A DNA stretch of 63,865 bases, filler included, from Reclinomonas americana ATCC 50394 (taxonomy: Eukaryota), in NCBI GenBank assembly GCA_048213135.1. It is 16 parts of 16 records of this genome, joined end to end, with 100 filler letters (N's around TTAATTAATTAA, not from the genome) between each part and the next. Parts side by side here need not be neighbours in the genome. Positions count along the whole stretch, not along the records: positions 39,808 to 45,693 come from AFZH01017486.1; positions 45,794 to 49,687 come from AFZH01017487.1; positions 49,788 to 52,357 come from AFZH01017488.1; positions 52,458 to 56,013 come from AFZH01017489.1; 12 more parts are not named here. One strand, 5' to 3'. The notes under the pieces are model-generated. The model was given only the letters and a program-made list of their open reading frames with translations. It was not told the DNA's origin and searched no databases. Shown here piece after piece: positions 43,491 through 52,759 of the stretch (the first letter of the stretch is position 1; each line of letters opens with the position of its first letter). A program made the translations under genes and the position numbers.

Positions 43491-45297
43491 AATACATGTG
43501 AATGTGATTGACAACTGATCATCTCGCAGTCGCCTGTTTGCTTCCTCCACTTCTTCCACTCGTAAGCCTCGCAAGCCACGAAACAGCGGCACTGGTATCC
43601 TGCGTGCTGGTGAGTAAGTATTCACTCTGTCCACCTGCTCTTGTCCTCACTCCCTTCGTGCACATACACACACATAGAGAAACTGGAGAAGCTCGTTGCT
43701 GCCATGCGCCAGGCCACCCTTTGGCACGTCGACGCTGCCACGTCAGCTCGCACCAAGACGACCGACATCACCACCACCACCTACATTGAGTTGGAGCAAG
43801 GCGTGAAGTGGCCGGGAATCGGCTCGCCCATTCTGTTTGTGCGCGACTTTTACGACCGCCTCTTCTCCTCTTCTGCCGGCCTTGGTGGCCTCGATCCAGC
43901 TCGCTCATACGGCAAGCGTCACAAGTTCTACATCACGGGCACGCCTGGCATTTCCAAGTCGGCGTTCGGCATGTATGTGCTGTACCGGGCGCTGATGGCC
44001 AAGAAGACCATCCTGCTGCGCCACGGCGACATTGAGAACTTCACGCCGCATTTGATCGATGGCAAGCGCGTGTGGGCATCGGCGACGGAGATGCCGCTGA
44101 ATCGCGATCGTGGTATCGACCTGTACTTGGTGGATGGCACCAGGCCGGGTCTGTACGACACCGAGGAGGTGACAATGTCGCTCCTCATCACCTCACCGAA
44201 CCGCCTCCTCTGGCGTGACTTTGCCAAGCGCCGCGGAGTGCCGCTCTACTTCCCCACGTACCAGTACGAGGAGCTGGAGTTGTTGCGGCAGGTGGCCTTC
44301 GACGATCAGAGTCGTGAGGAGGTGCGACAGCGATATGAGATGTGGGGCGGATCGGCGCGCTCGGTTCTCTCCGACAACGACGACATTGGCCAACTCAGCT
44401 TGGAAACTGCATTCATGAAGTTCAAGCCGCAGGATCTACTGCGGGCTGTGGAGCTTGGCGCGGAACGTGAGGATGGCAGTGGCGCTGGCATCTCCCATCG
44501 CCTCGTGCACCTGATCGTTGACCGTGCCAAGTTTACGCTGGTGGGTGTGGACTTTGCCTCCGCCTATGTGGCGATGAAGCTGCTCGAGGAGTGGCGCAAG
44601 TGGCACGTACTGGACGCCAAATTCCTGCTGTCGCGTCTGCATGCGTTGGGCTCGATTGCATCGGTCATGTACGGCCATGCCTTCGAGGAGTACGCCCACA
44701 TCGTGTTGGCTGGCGGTGGACGCTTCAAGTGCCGCGAGCTGGTCAAAGGTGGTGGTGACGCACCGTCAACTGTGCTGGAGCTGGTGCCGAGTTTCGCATT
44801 TTGTGGTCTTGTCGAAGATGATGCGTGCTGTAGTTGCGCGTGCTGATGCTTCATTCACAGGCCGTTCACACGTTTTTTCCGATCTGTCGGAGGTGGTAGC
44901 GCATCACTACTGGCGTCCGAAGGCCGCCAACTTCCCCGCCATTGACTGTATCATGAACCGCACGGATGGCGGTCTGGCGCTGGGCAACATGACAATCATT
45001 GACAAGCACGAGATTGTTGCGCTGACGGAGAAGGGCCAGACTGGTCTGCTGCCTCTGGTGCAGACACTGCGCCACAACGGGGAGATCAATTTCTACTGGG
45101 TGGTGCCGGCTCGCGTCTTTGAGAGGATGCGTGAACCTGGCGCCATTCTGAACAAAACCAATCCACTGGTGGACGAGGAGGCCGTGGAGCGCCTGCGACA
45201 GCAAGTACGTCAGTTTGTGTTGTGTATCGATGTGGAACCTGCCATTGAAAAGAAGACAGAGTCGTCGCTTTATTATCACGCAATGAGAGTTTTTTAA
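43233..45297 (+). CDS. Crinkler/RHS-type P-loop NTPase + restriction-endonuclease-fold protein with a presequence-like leader; exons 43233-43266, 43333-43387, 43530-43609, 43678-44790, 44861-45297
   Basis: Walker A ITGTPGISKS, Walker B YLVDG, ITSP, WGGSAR, FASAYV, GHAFEEYAH; REase-like YWRPKAANFPAIDC..NMT...H, FYWVVP, RQFVL. Confidence 0.85.
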
Positions 45298-45671
45298 AGG
45301 CAGGTCTGTCAGTTGTCTGTCACCTTGTACTGCATCACGTCAACGAAACACTCTTTAACGAGCTCAGGGAGCGCTATCGCTACTGGAAGCACATTGGTCA
45401 CTTGTATGACGACAGTCGAGACAAGGATCCGGCCTATAGCTAGCGTTCGGCGCCAGATGACTCTGCAGCGCTTCTTCTCTTCGTGCGTTGGACAAGGGGG
45501 ATTCTGCGTCGACACTCTCTGTGTACAGTAAATGGTGTGTGCCCTGCTTGCACTCTTTGGTGGGGCACTTGGCTTTGAAGTTGAGATCGATGTCCTCGCG
45601 GACATGCACACTTCTCCGTTGTCGTCCCTCTCGTGACCACAGCAACTCACTCTCTCCACTCCCATTCTATC

Positions 45672-45693
45672 ATGTCCTCTGCCGCCTCCGTTT
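45672..45693 (+). CDS. Start of a further array WD40 copy, cut by a gap
   Basis: Full array spacer followed by ATGTCCTCTGCCGCCTCCGTT, the same start as the copy at 48830. Confidence 0.75.
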
Positions 45694-45793
45694 NNNNNNN
45701 NNNNNNNNNNNNNNNNNNNNNNNNNNNNNNNNNNNNNTTAATTAATTAANNNNNNNNNNNNNNNNNNNNNNNNNNNNNNNNNNNNNNNNNNNN

Positions 45794-45994
45794 CGGTCCA
45801 CGCCGTACGGCCTCGCTCGGCAGGAGCTGGAGTGTGCACGAGCGGCCATGCGCTCGGTGCAGGAGATGCAGCGGGAGGAGGAGGAGGAGGAGGACCGGCG
45901 TTGCTTGGTGGAGATCGTGCTGCGGTGCTTCCTGGTGGAGGATGCCGAGGTGGTTGTACATCGGTGCTTGGTGGATGACGACCTCTGGTTGTAA
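45794..45994 (+). CDS. 3' tail of an array WD40 copy (5' end in gap)
   Basis: STPYGLARQELECARAAMRSVQEMQRE6DRRCLVEIVLRCFLVEDAEVVVHRCLVDDDLWL, then TAA. Confidence 0.85.
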   Translation, partial: RSTPYGLARQELECARAAMRSVQEMQREEEEEEDRRCLVEIVLRCFLVEDAEVVVHRCLVDDDLWL

Positions 45995-46204
45995 AGGCGA
46001 CACCGAAGGCTTTCTGCTTTGTTTCTTCTCTTCGTGTGTTGTGTGCACAAGTAAATGGTGTGTGCAGTGCTTCCTTGCTCATTGGTTTCACTTGGCGTTG
46101 AAGTTCAGATCGAGCGATGATGTCCTCGCGGACATGCACTTTTCTGTTGTCTAGTCGTCCCTCTCGTGACCACAGCACCTCACTCTCTTCACTCCCGTTC
46201 TACG

Positions 46205-47296
46205 ATGTCCACTGCTGCCGCCGCCGCTTCTTCTCTCCCACACAAGCGTTTGCTTGGACACACCGGTTATGTGTGCTCCGTTTCCGTCACTCCGGATGGT
46301 CAACACATTGTAAGTTGTGGCGGTGGCGACTACGCTGTGCGTGTGTGGTCGCTGGCGAGTGGCGAGGAGGTGCGACGGTTGGAGGGACACTCTGGCGCCG
46401 TTGCCGTCACTCCCGATGGTCAACGCATAGTTAGCGGTGGTGACAAGACGGTGCGAGTGTGGTCGCTGTCGAGTGGCGAGGAGTTGCAGCGCTTTGAGGG
46501 ACACGTGAGTTGGGTGCTGTCTGTTGCTGTTACTCACGATGGGCAGCACATCGTGAGTGGCGGCATGGATAAAACTGTACGAGTGTGGTCACTGACGAGT
46601 GGCAAGGAAGTGTGGCGACTGGTGAGACGCATGCGCACCGATAACGTGCTGTCTGTTGCCGTAACCCCTGATGGTCTGCACGTCGTGAGTGGCGGTTTCG
46701 ACAGAACAGTGCGTGTGAGGTCACTGGCGAGTGGCCAAGAAGTGCAAAGGCTGGAGGGACATACTGGATTTGTGTTCTCTGTCGCCGTCACTCCCGATGG
46801 TTTGCACATAGTGAGTGGCGGGCAGGACAACACCATTCGGGTGTGGTCACTGGCGAGTGGAGAAGTGCGGCGATTGGAGGGCCACAGCGATTGGGTGCGA
46901 TCCGTTGCTGTAACCCCCAATGGTCTGCATGCTGTGAGTGGGAGCAAGGACAAGACAGTGCGTGTGTGGTCGCTGGCAAGTGGCAAGGAAGTGCGACGGT
47001 TGGAGGGGCACTCTGCAGGAGTGTTCTCTGTCGCCGTATCTCCCGACGGCCAGCATATCGTGAGTGCGGGTCTTGACAAGAGCGTGCGAGTGTGGTCCTC
47101 GCCGTGCGGCCTCGCTCGGCTGGAGCTGGAGTGTGCGAGAGAGGCCATGCGCGTGGTGCAGGAGATGCAACGGGAGAGCGGAGAGGGGGAAACGGATCGG
47201 CGTTGCTTGGTGGAAATGGTGCTGCGATGCTTTCTTTTCGAGGACGCGGCGGTCATCGTTCATCGGTCCTTGGTGGACTACGATCTCTGGTTGTGA
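46205..47296 (+). CDS. Array WD40 protein copy C (7 blades + tail)
   Basis: Starts MSTAAAAASSLPHKRLLGH; 7 repeats with small in-frame indels; tail ends DYDLWL. Confidence 0.92.
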   Translation: MSTAAAAASSLPHKRLLGHTGYVCSVSVTPDGQHIVSCGGGDYAVRVWSLASGEEVRRLEGHSGAVAVTPDGQRIVSGGDKTVRVWSLSSGEELQRFEGHVSWVLSVAVTHDGQHIVSGGMDKTVRVWSLTSGKEVWRLVRRMRTDNVLSVAVTPDGLHVVSGGFDRTVRVRSLASGQEVQRLEGHTGFVFSVAVTPDGLHIVSGGQDNTIRVWSLASGEVRRLEGHSDWVRSVAVTPNGLHAVSGSKDKTVRVWSLASGKEVRRLEGHSAGVFSVAVSPDGQHIVSAGLDKSVRVWSSPCGLARLELECAREAMRVVQEMQRESGEGETDRRCLVEMVLRCFLFEDAAVIVHRSLVDYDLWL

Positions 47297-47529
47297 AGGC
47301 GACACCGAAGGCTTTCTGCCTTGTTTCTTCTCTTCGTGCGTTGAGCAAGGGGGATTCTGTGTCGGCATTCTCTGTGTACAGTAAATGGTGTGTGCCCTGC
47401 TTGCACTCGTTGGTGGGGCACCTGGCATTGAAGTTGAGATCGATGTCCTCGCGGACATGCACTGTTCTCCGTTGTCTAGTCGTCCCTCTCGTGACCTCAG
47501 CACCTCACTCTCTCCACCCCCATTCTATC

Positions 47530-48627
47530 ATGTCCTCTGCTGCCGCCGCCGCTTCTTCTCTCCCACACAAGTGTCTCCTTGGACACGCTGGATATGTGCA
47601 CTCAGTCGCCATCACTCCCAACGGTCAACACATTGTGAGTGGTGGTGCCGACATGACTGTGCGTGTGTGGTCGCTGGAGAGTGGCGAGGAGGTGCGGCGG
47701 TTGAAGGGCCACACTGACTTCGTGCGCTCTGTCGCTGTCACTCCCGATGGTCAACACATCGTGAGTGGTGGTGCCGACAGCACTGTACGTGTGTGGTCAC
47801 TATTGAGTGGCGAGGAGGTGCAGCGATTTGAGGGACACTCATGGTTTGTACTGTCTGTTGCTGCTACTCGCGATGGGCAGCACATCGTGAGTGGCGGCAT
47901 GGATAAAACTGTACGAGTGTGGTCACTGGCGAGCGGCGAGGAAGTGTGGCGGCTGGAGGGACACGATGAGATGGTGCGCTCTGTCGCCGTAACCCCCGAT
48001 GATCAGCAAGTTGTGAGTGGTGGTTACGATAGAACAGTGCGCGTGTGGTCTCTGGCGAGTGGAGAGCAGGTGCGACGGTTGGAGGGTCACACTGATACGG
48101 TGCTGTCTGTCGCTGCCACTCCCGATGGTTTGCACATAGTAAGTGGCGGGCAGGACAACACCATTCGTCTGTGGTCGCTGGCGAGTGGAGAAGAAGTGCA
48201 GCGGTTGGAGGGCCACACTGCTTCAGTTGTGAGCGTTGCTGTCACCGCCGACGGTCTGCACGTTGTGAGTGGCAGTGATGATACGTCAGTGCGGGTGTGG
48301 TCGCTGGCGAGTGGCAAGGAAGTGCGACGGCTGGAGGGGCACACTGCTGGAGTGTTCTCTGTTGCCGTCTCCCCCGATGGCCAGTTCATCGTGAGTGGGA
48401 GTGAGGACAACACAGTGCGAGTGTGGTCCACGCCGTACGGCCTCGCTCGGCAGGAGCTGGAGTGTGCGCGAGAGGCCATGCGCGCGGTGCAGAAGATGCA
48501 GCGGGAGGAGGAGGAGGAGGAGGAGGACCGGCGTTGCTTGGTGGAGATCGTGCTGCGGTGCTTCCTGGTGGAGGATGCCGAGGTGGTTGTACATCGGTGC
48601 TTGGTGGATGACGACCTCTGGTTGTAA
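47530..48627 (+). CDS. Array WD40 protein copy D (7 blades + tail)
   Basis: Starts MSSAAAAASSLPHKCLLGH; 7 repeats; tail with an E7 tract. Confidence 0.92.
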   Translation: MSSAAAAASSLPHKCLLGHAGYVHSVAITPNGQHIVSGGADMTVRVWSLESGEEVRRLKGHTDFVRSVAVTPDGQHIVSGGADSTVRVWSLLSGEEVQRFEGHSWFVLSVAATRDGQHIVSGGMDKTVRVWSLASGEEVWRLEGHDEMVRSVAVTPDDQQVVSGGYDRTVRVWSLASGEQVRRLEGHTDTVLSVAATPDGLHIVSGGQDNTIRLWSLASGEEVQRLEGHTASVVSVAVTADGLHVVSGSDDTSVRVWSLASGKEVRRLEGHTAGVFSVAVSPDGQFIVSGSEDNTVRVWSTPYGLARQELECAREAMRAVQKMQREEEEEEEDRRCLVEIVLRCFLVEDAEVVVHRCLVDDDLWL

Positions 48628-48829
48628 AGGCGACACCGAGGCTTTCTGCTTTGTTTCTTCTCTTCGTGTGTTGTGTGCACAAGTAAATGGTGTGTGCAGT
48701 GCTCCTTGCTCATTGGTTTCACTTGGCGTTGAAGTCGAGATAGCTGTCCTCGTGGACATGCACACTTCGTTCTCCGTTGTCGTCCCTCTCGTGACCAGAG
48801 CACCTCACTCTCTCCACTCCCATTCTATC

Positions 48830-49609
48830 ATGTCCTCTGCCGCCTCCGTTTCTTCTTCTCTCCTGCACAAGTGTCTCCTTGGACACACTAGTGCGGTGTT
48901 CTCCGTCGCCATCACTCCCGACGGTCAACACATTGTGAGTGGTGGTGCCGACATCACTGTGCGTGTGTGGTCGCTGGAGAGTGGCGAGGAGGTGCGGCGG
49001 TTGAAGGGCCACACTGACTTCGTGTGCTCTGTCGCTGTCACTCCCGATGGTCAGCACATCGTGAGTGGTGGTGACAAGACGGTGCGAGTGTGGTCACTGT
49101 TGAGTGGCGAGGAGGTGCAGCGCATTGAGGGACACTCAAGGTTGGTGCTGTCTGTTGCTGTAACTCGCGATGGTCAGCACATCGTGAGTGGCGGCATGGA
49201 CAAAACTGTACGAGTGTGGTCACTGACGAGTGGCAAGGAAGTGTGGCGATTGGAGGGACACACTGACGTGGTGCGCTCTGTTGCCGTAACCCCCGATGAT
49301 CAGCACGTTGTGAGTGGTGGTTATGATAGAACATTGCGCGTGTGGTCTTTGGCGAGTGGAGAGGAGGTGCGACGGTTGGAGGGTCACGCTACAGCCGTGT
49401 TCGCTGTCGCCGTCACTCCCGATGGTCAGCACGTTGTGAGTGGGAGCAGAGACAACACCGTGCGAGTGTGGTCGCTGGTGAGTGGAGCGGAAGTGCGGCG
49501 ATTGGAGGGCCATACTGATTTGGTGCAATCCGTTGCTGTCACTCCCGACGGCCGGCACGTTGTGAGTGGGAGCAAGGACAATACAGTGCGTGTGTGGTCG
49601 CACATTTAA
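48830..49609 (+). CDS. Array WD40 copy E, truncated (6 blades, no tail); possible pseudogene
   Basis: Six repeats, then VRVWSHI and TAA, joined directly to the proximal upstream sequence of the next unit (ATG at 49666). Confidence 0.8.
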   Translation: MSSAASVSSSLLHKCLLGHTSAVFSVAITPDGQHIVSGGADITVRVWSLESGEEVRRLKGHTDFVCSVAVTPDGQHIVSGGDKTVRVWSLLSGEEVQRIEGHSRLVLSVAVTRDGQHIVSGGMDKTVRVWSLTSGKEVWRLEGHTDVVRSVAVTPDDQHVVSGGYDRTLRVWSLASGEEVRRLEGHATAVFAVAVTPDGQHVVSGSRDNTVRVWSLVSGAEVRRLEGHTDLVQSVAVTPDGRHVVSGSKDNTVRVWSHI

Positions 49610-49787
49610 CTTCTCCTATCCCTCTCGTGACCACAGCACCTCACTCTCTTCACTCCCGTTCTACGATGTCCACTGCTGCCGCCGCCGNNNNNNNNNNNNN
49701 NNNNNNNNNNNNNNNNNNNNNNNNNNNNNNNTTAATTAATTAANNNNNNNNNNNNNNNNNNNNNNNNNNNNNNNNNNNNNNNNNNNN

Positions 49788-50003
49788 TGGTCCACGCCGT
49801 ACGGCCTCGCTCGGCAGGAGCTGGAGTGTGCACGAGCGGCCATGCGCTCGGTGCAGGAGATGCAGCGGGAGGAGGAGGAGGAGGAGGAGGAGGAGGAGGA
49901 GGACCGGCGTTGCTTGGTGGAGATCGTGCTGCGGTGCTTCCTGGTGGAGGATGCCGAGGTGGTTGTACATCGGTGCTTGGTGGATGACGACCTCTGGTTG
50001 TAA
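49788..50003 (+). CDS. 3' tail of the last array WD40 copy (start probably at 49666, middle in gap)
   Basis: WSTPYGLARQELEC...E11 tract...DDDLWL, then TAA. Confidence 0.85.
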   Translation, partial: WSTPYGLARQELECARAAMRSVQEMQREEEEEEEEEEEDRRCLVEIVLRCFLVEDAEVVVHRCLVDDDLWL

Positions 50004-50360
50004 AGGCGACACCGAGGCTTTCTGCCTTGTTTCTTCTCTTCGTGCGTTGGCCGACTGGTACTGCATGGCATTTTTTTCTAAATGGCGTGTGTACTGCTTT
50101 GTTGTTGATCAAGGGCTTTGGTTTTTCTTTGCACAAAGAGAGCAAGGATGCATACACCTCGTGATCTGTTCGTAAGAGAGAGAAGACAGAAAGAAAGTCT
50201 TGTGTCCTCGTCCGCAGTCACTGCATGCAATCAATCAACAACACCAGCACGCAATGGGCAAATCAAGTGCGTGTGTCTCACTGTGTGTGTGTGTGTGTGT
50301 GTGTGCGGGTGTGTCTCACTGAGGTCTTCTTTGTGCGTGTGCGCACCTGCAGAAAAGAAG

Positions 50361-51405
50361 ATGCCGCGGGCATCGACGACGGCGGAGGATATTCTGACAG
50401 GGAACACCACTCGGCATTTGCAGAAGAAGAGCAAGCAGAGTTGAGTGGAAGGGAGAGAGAGAGAGAGAGAGTGAGTGAGTGAGGGAGGGAGGGAGGGAAG
50501 GTGAGTGAGTGAGTGAGAGAGTGAGTGAGTGAGTGAGTGAGTGAGTGTGATTGCTGTGTGAGTGAGTGAGTGAGTGAGTGAGTGAGTGAGTGAGTGAGTG
50601 AGGGAGTGAGTGAGTGAGGGAGTGAGTGAGTGAGTGTATAAGAGAGAGTGAGTGAGAGTAGTGTGTGTATATGTGCAGAGGCCTCTGCCTCTCATTGCAC
50701 CCACTCCTCACTCCTCTTCCCCATCCTTCCCCCTTTACCCCTTTCCTCACAGTGCACCGCATGCTCGGCCGCCTCGGCGTCAGCGGCGCATTCGGCTCCG
50801 GCGGCATTCACTCGTCAATGGACATGGACACGGCCAGTGGGAGCGGCCTGACGAGCACTGAGCGGAAAAAGTTGAAGAAGCAGCGACAAAAGGTGCGCGC
50901 CTCGGCACCCGTCACACCTCGTGGTGGTGGTGGTGGCAGTGGTGACGCCGACGAAGCACCACGACTTGATCTGTCGGCCTTTTTGGTGCGACGGTCCGAC
51001 GAGGCGGCCGAGGCCTCCACCGCCTTTTCGACGCCGGCGAACCGCCTGAAGAGTCGCGGACTGCGACGCAAGCTGCGACAGCGCAAGGAGAAGGCGTTGG
51101 AGCGCGGACTCGGCTTTGCGTCGCGTCTCGAGCAGCGCGCTGTCAAGCTCATCAAGACGCCGAGCAGCGCTGTGACGACCAGTGCGCGGCGCAAGAAGGC
51201 CGCCGCCTCGTCGTTGCTCAAGTCGTCGCTGAATTCGGCGAGTGGTGAGCGTGCTGCCGCCGCGTCGCGTCGCCAGCGACAAATGGGTGATGCGCTGGCG
51301 GAGTTTTTCGGCAGCGATGACGATGACGACGATGACGACGAGGTGGAGAAGGGTGAGGCGGAGGTGGTTGCTGGTGGCGGCGGCGAGATGGACGACAGTG
51401 AGTAA
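50361..51405 (+). CDS. Basic protein resembling ribosome-biogenesis factor Alb1; 2 exons (50361-50439, 50753-51405)
   Basis: In-frame splice at GTTGAGT..CAG; segment RRKLRQRKEKALERGLGFASRLEQRAVK resembles the Alb1 motif; acidic tail. Family call is by eye. Confidence 0.55.
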
Positions 51406-51854
51406 GCGAGTTTTGTTTACGGTAGTTGAGTGTGTTTTCGAGACGTAGAGGAGGATTTAGTAGGAGAAGGTAACTTGAGTGTTTTGTTGGTGAATGCAAG
51501 CAATGAGTCACGCCGTCAGCTAACAACAACAAGCATGTAACAGCTGTCTCAGCCAAAACATCAACTCAAATTGACGACTGTGGCAAGTCCTTCTTTGTTG
51601 GTGTCCGCTGCTTGTGACGATTGTGTCTCTGCTGACCCTCTCTCGTCGGAGAGCAAGCAACCTGATCGATGCTCTACTCCACCGGTAGTGTCATCTACGT
51701 CGGCGTGCTTCACTGCTTCTTTTCTTGTTCAACTTCACCGCCAATGACGACGTCTTTACTGCTTTGCTTGCACCACGTATCCGGACCCGGCTTTGCTTGG
51801 TTAGCCTGGCTATGGCCTCTTCCCGAATTCGATGTTCCGTGGTACTGTACAATC

Positions 51855-52000
51855 GCAAGTGCGTCAAATCCACTGTTCAACCACGCTTATGCGGTGAAGA
51901 TCGCAGTCCTCGACTTGTTCGAAGCTTCGCGAGCGACCACACACAAGAAACCTGCTGCTGCCCTCAAGTCTGGTGTCTGTGTTGATGTTTTGGATGGCTG
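51855..52000 (+). repeat. Dispersed intergenic repeat copy (second copy at 52285-52350)
   Basis: GCAAGTGCGTCAAATCCACTGTTCAACCACGCTTATGCGGTGAAGATCGCAGTCCTCGACTTGTT occurs twice here and matches 7657 and 61777. Confidence 0.8.
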
Positions 52001-52759
52001 CTGCGCGCTGCAAGTAATTTCAATCAGCGGTTGTTTACCTCGAACTTTTCATTGATGTGTCAGTTTCTGGTGATCTCTCAAGATAGTGTACCATGTATCT
52101 GTTATCTATCTGCATTCCTTTGTGGAATTCGGCGTCAAATCCAAGCGTGTCACGAACCGTACGCGTGGTTTAGCCATCTCGACTTTTTCTCGTTTTTTCC
52201 GTGATGTCTGAGTTTCTGGTGCTCTCTCAAGATCATCATGCAGCTGTGTTGCTGTTTGGATTTAGTAAAACGCTATGCGTCTATGCAAGTGCGTCAAATC
52301 CACTGGTCAACCACGCTTATGCGGTGAAGATCGCAGTTCTCGACTTGTTAACGTTCGNNNNNNNNNNNNNNNNNNNNNNNNNNNNNNNNNNNNNNNNNNN
52401 NTTAATTAATTAANNNNNNNNNNNNNNNNNNNNNNNNNNNNNNNNNNNNNNNNNNNNCCCGTCATCCTCCACGTGTAGACCACCTCTGCAACCACCACTC
52501 TCGGACACACAACATGTCGACACACATGGCATTGACGGATCCGCGGCGTGTGGGCCAGTCGGAAAAGTACTCACATTCGGCGCATGTGGCACTGGGTGCC
52601 AGAGCCACACAGTTCCTCAAGGATGTGTATCGCGGAGAGAGGTGCGTATGTTGAGTCGTGAATGCCAGAAACCAATGTTTCTGAATGCGATTGGCTGTTT
52701 CTTTGGGTGTGTACTCGTGCGCAGGAAAGGCCACTCGTCGCCAACACCACTGCCGGTGG

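Noticed and set aside
40610..49609. 126-bp periodic DNA repeats as a CRISPR-like array or a DGR target
   Set aside because: The repeats are in-frame WD40 coding units. There is no reverse transcriptase or template repeat, and the variable codons show no adenine-specific pattern.
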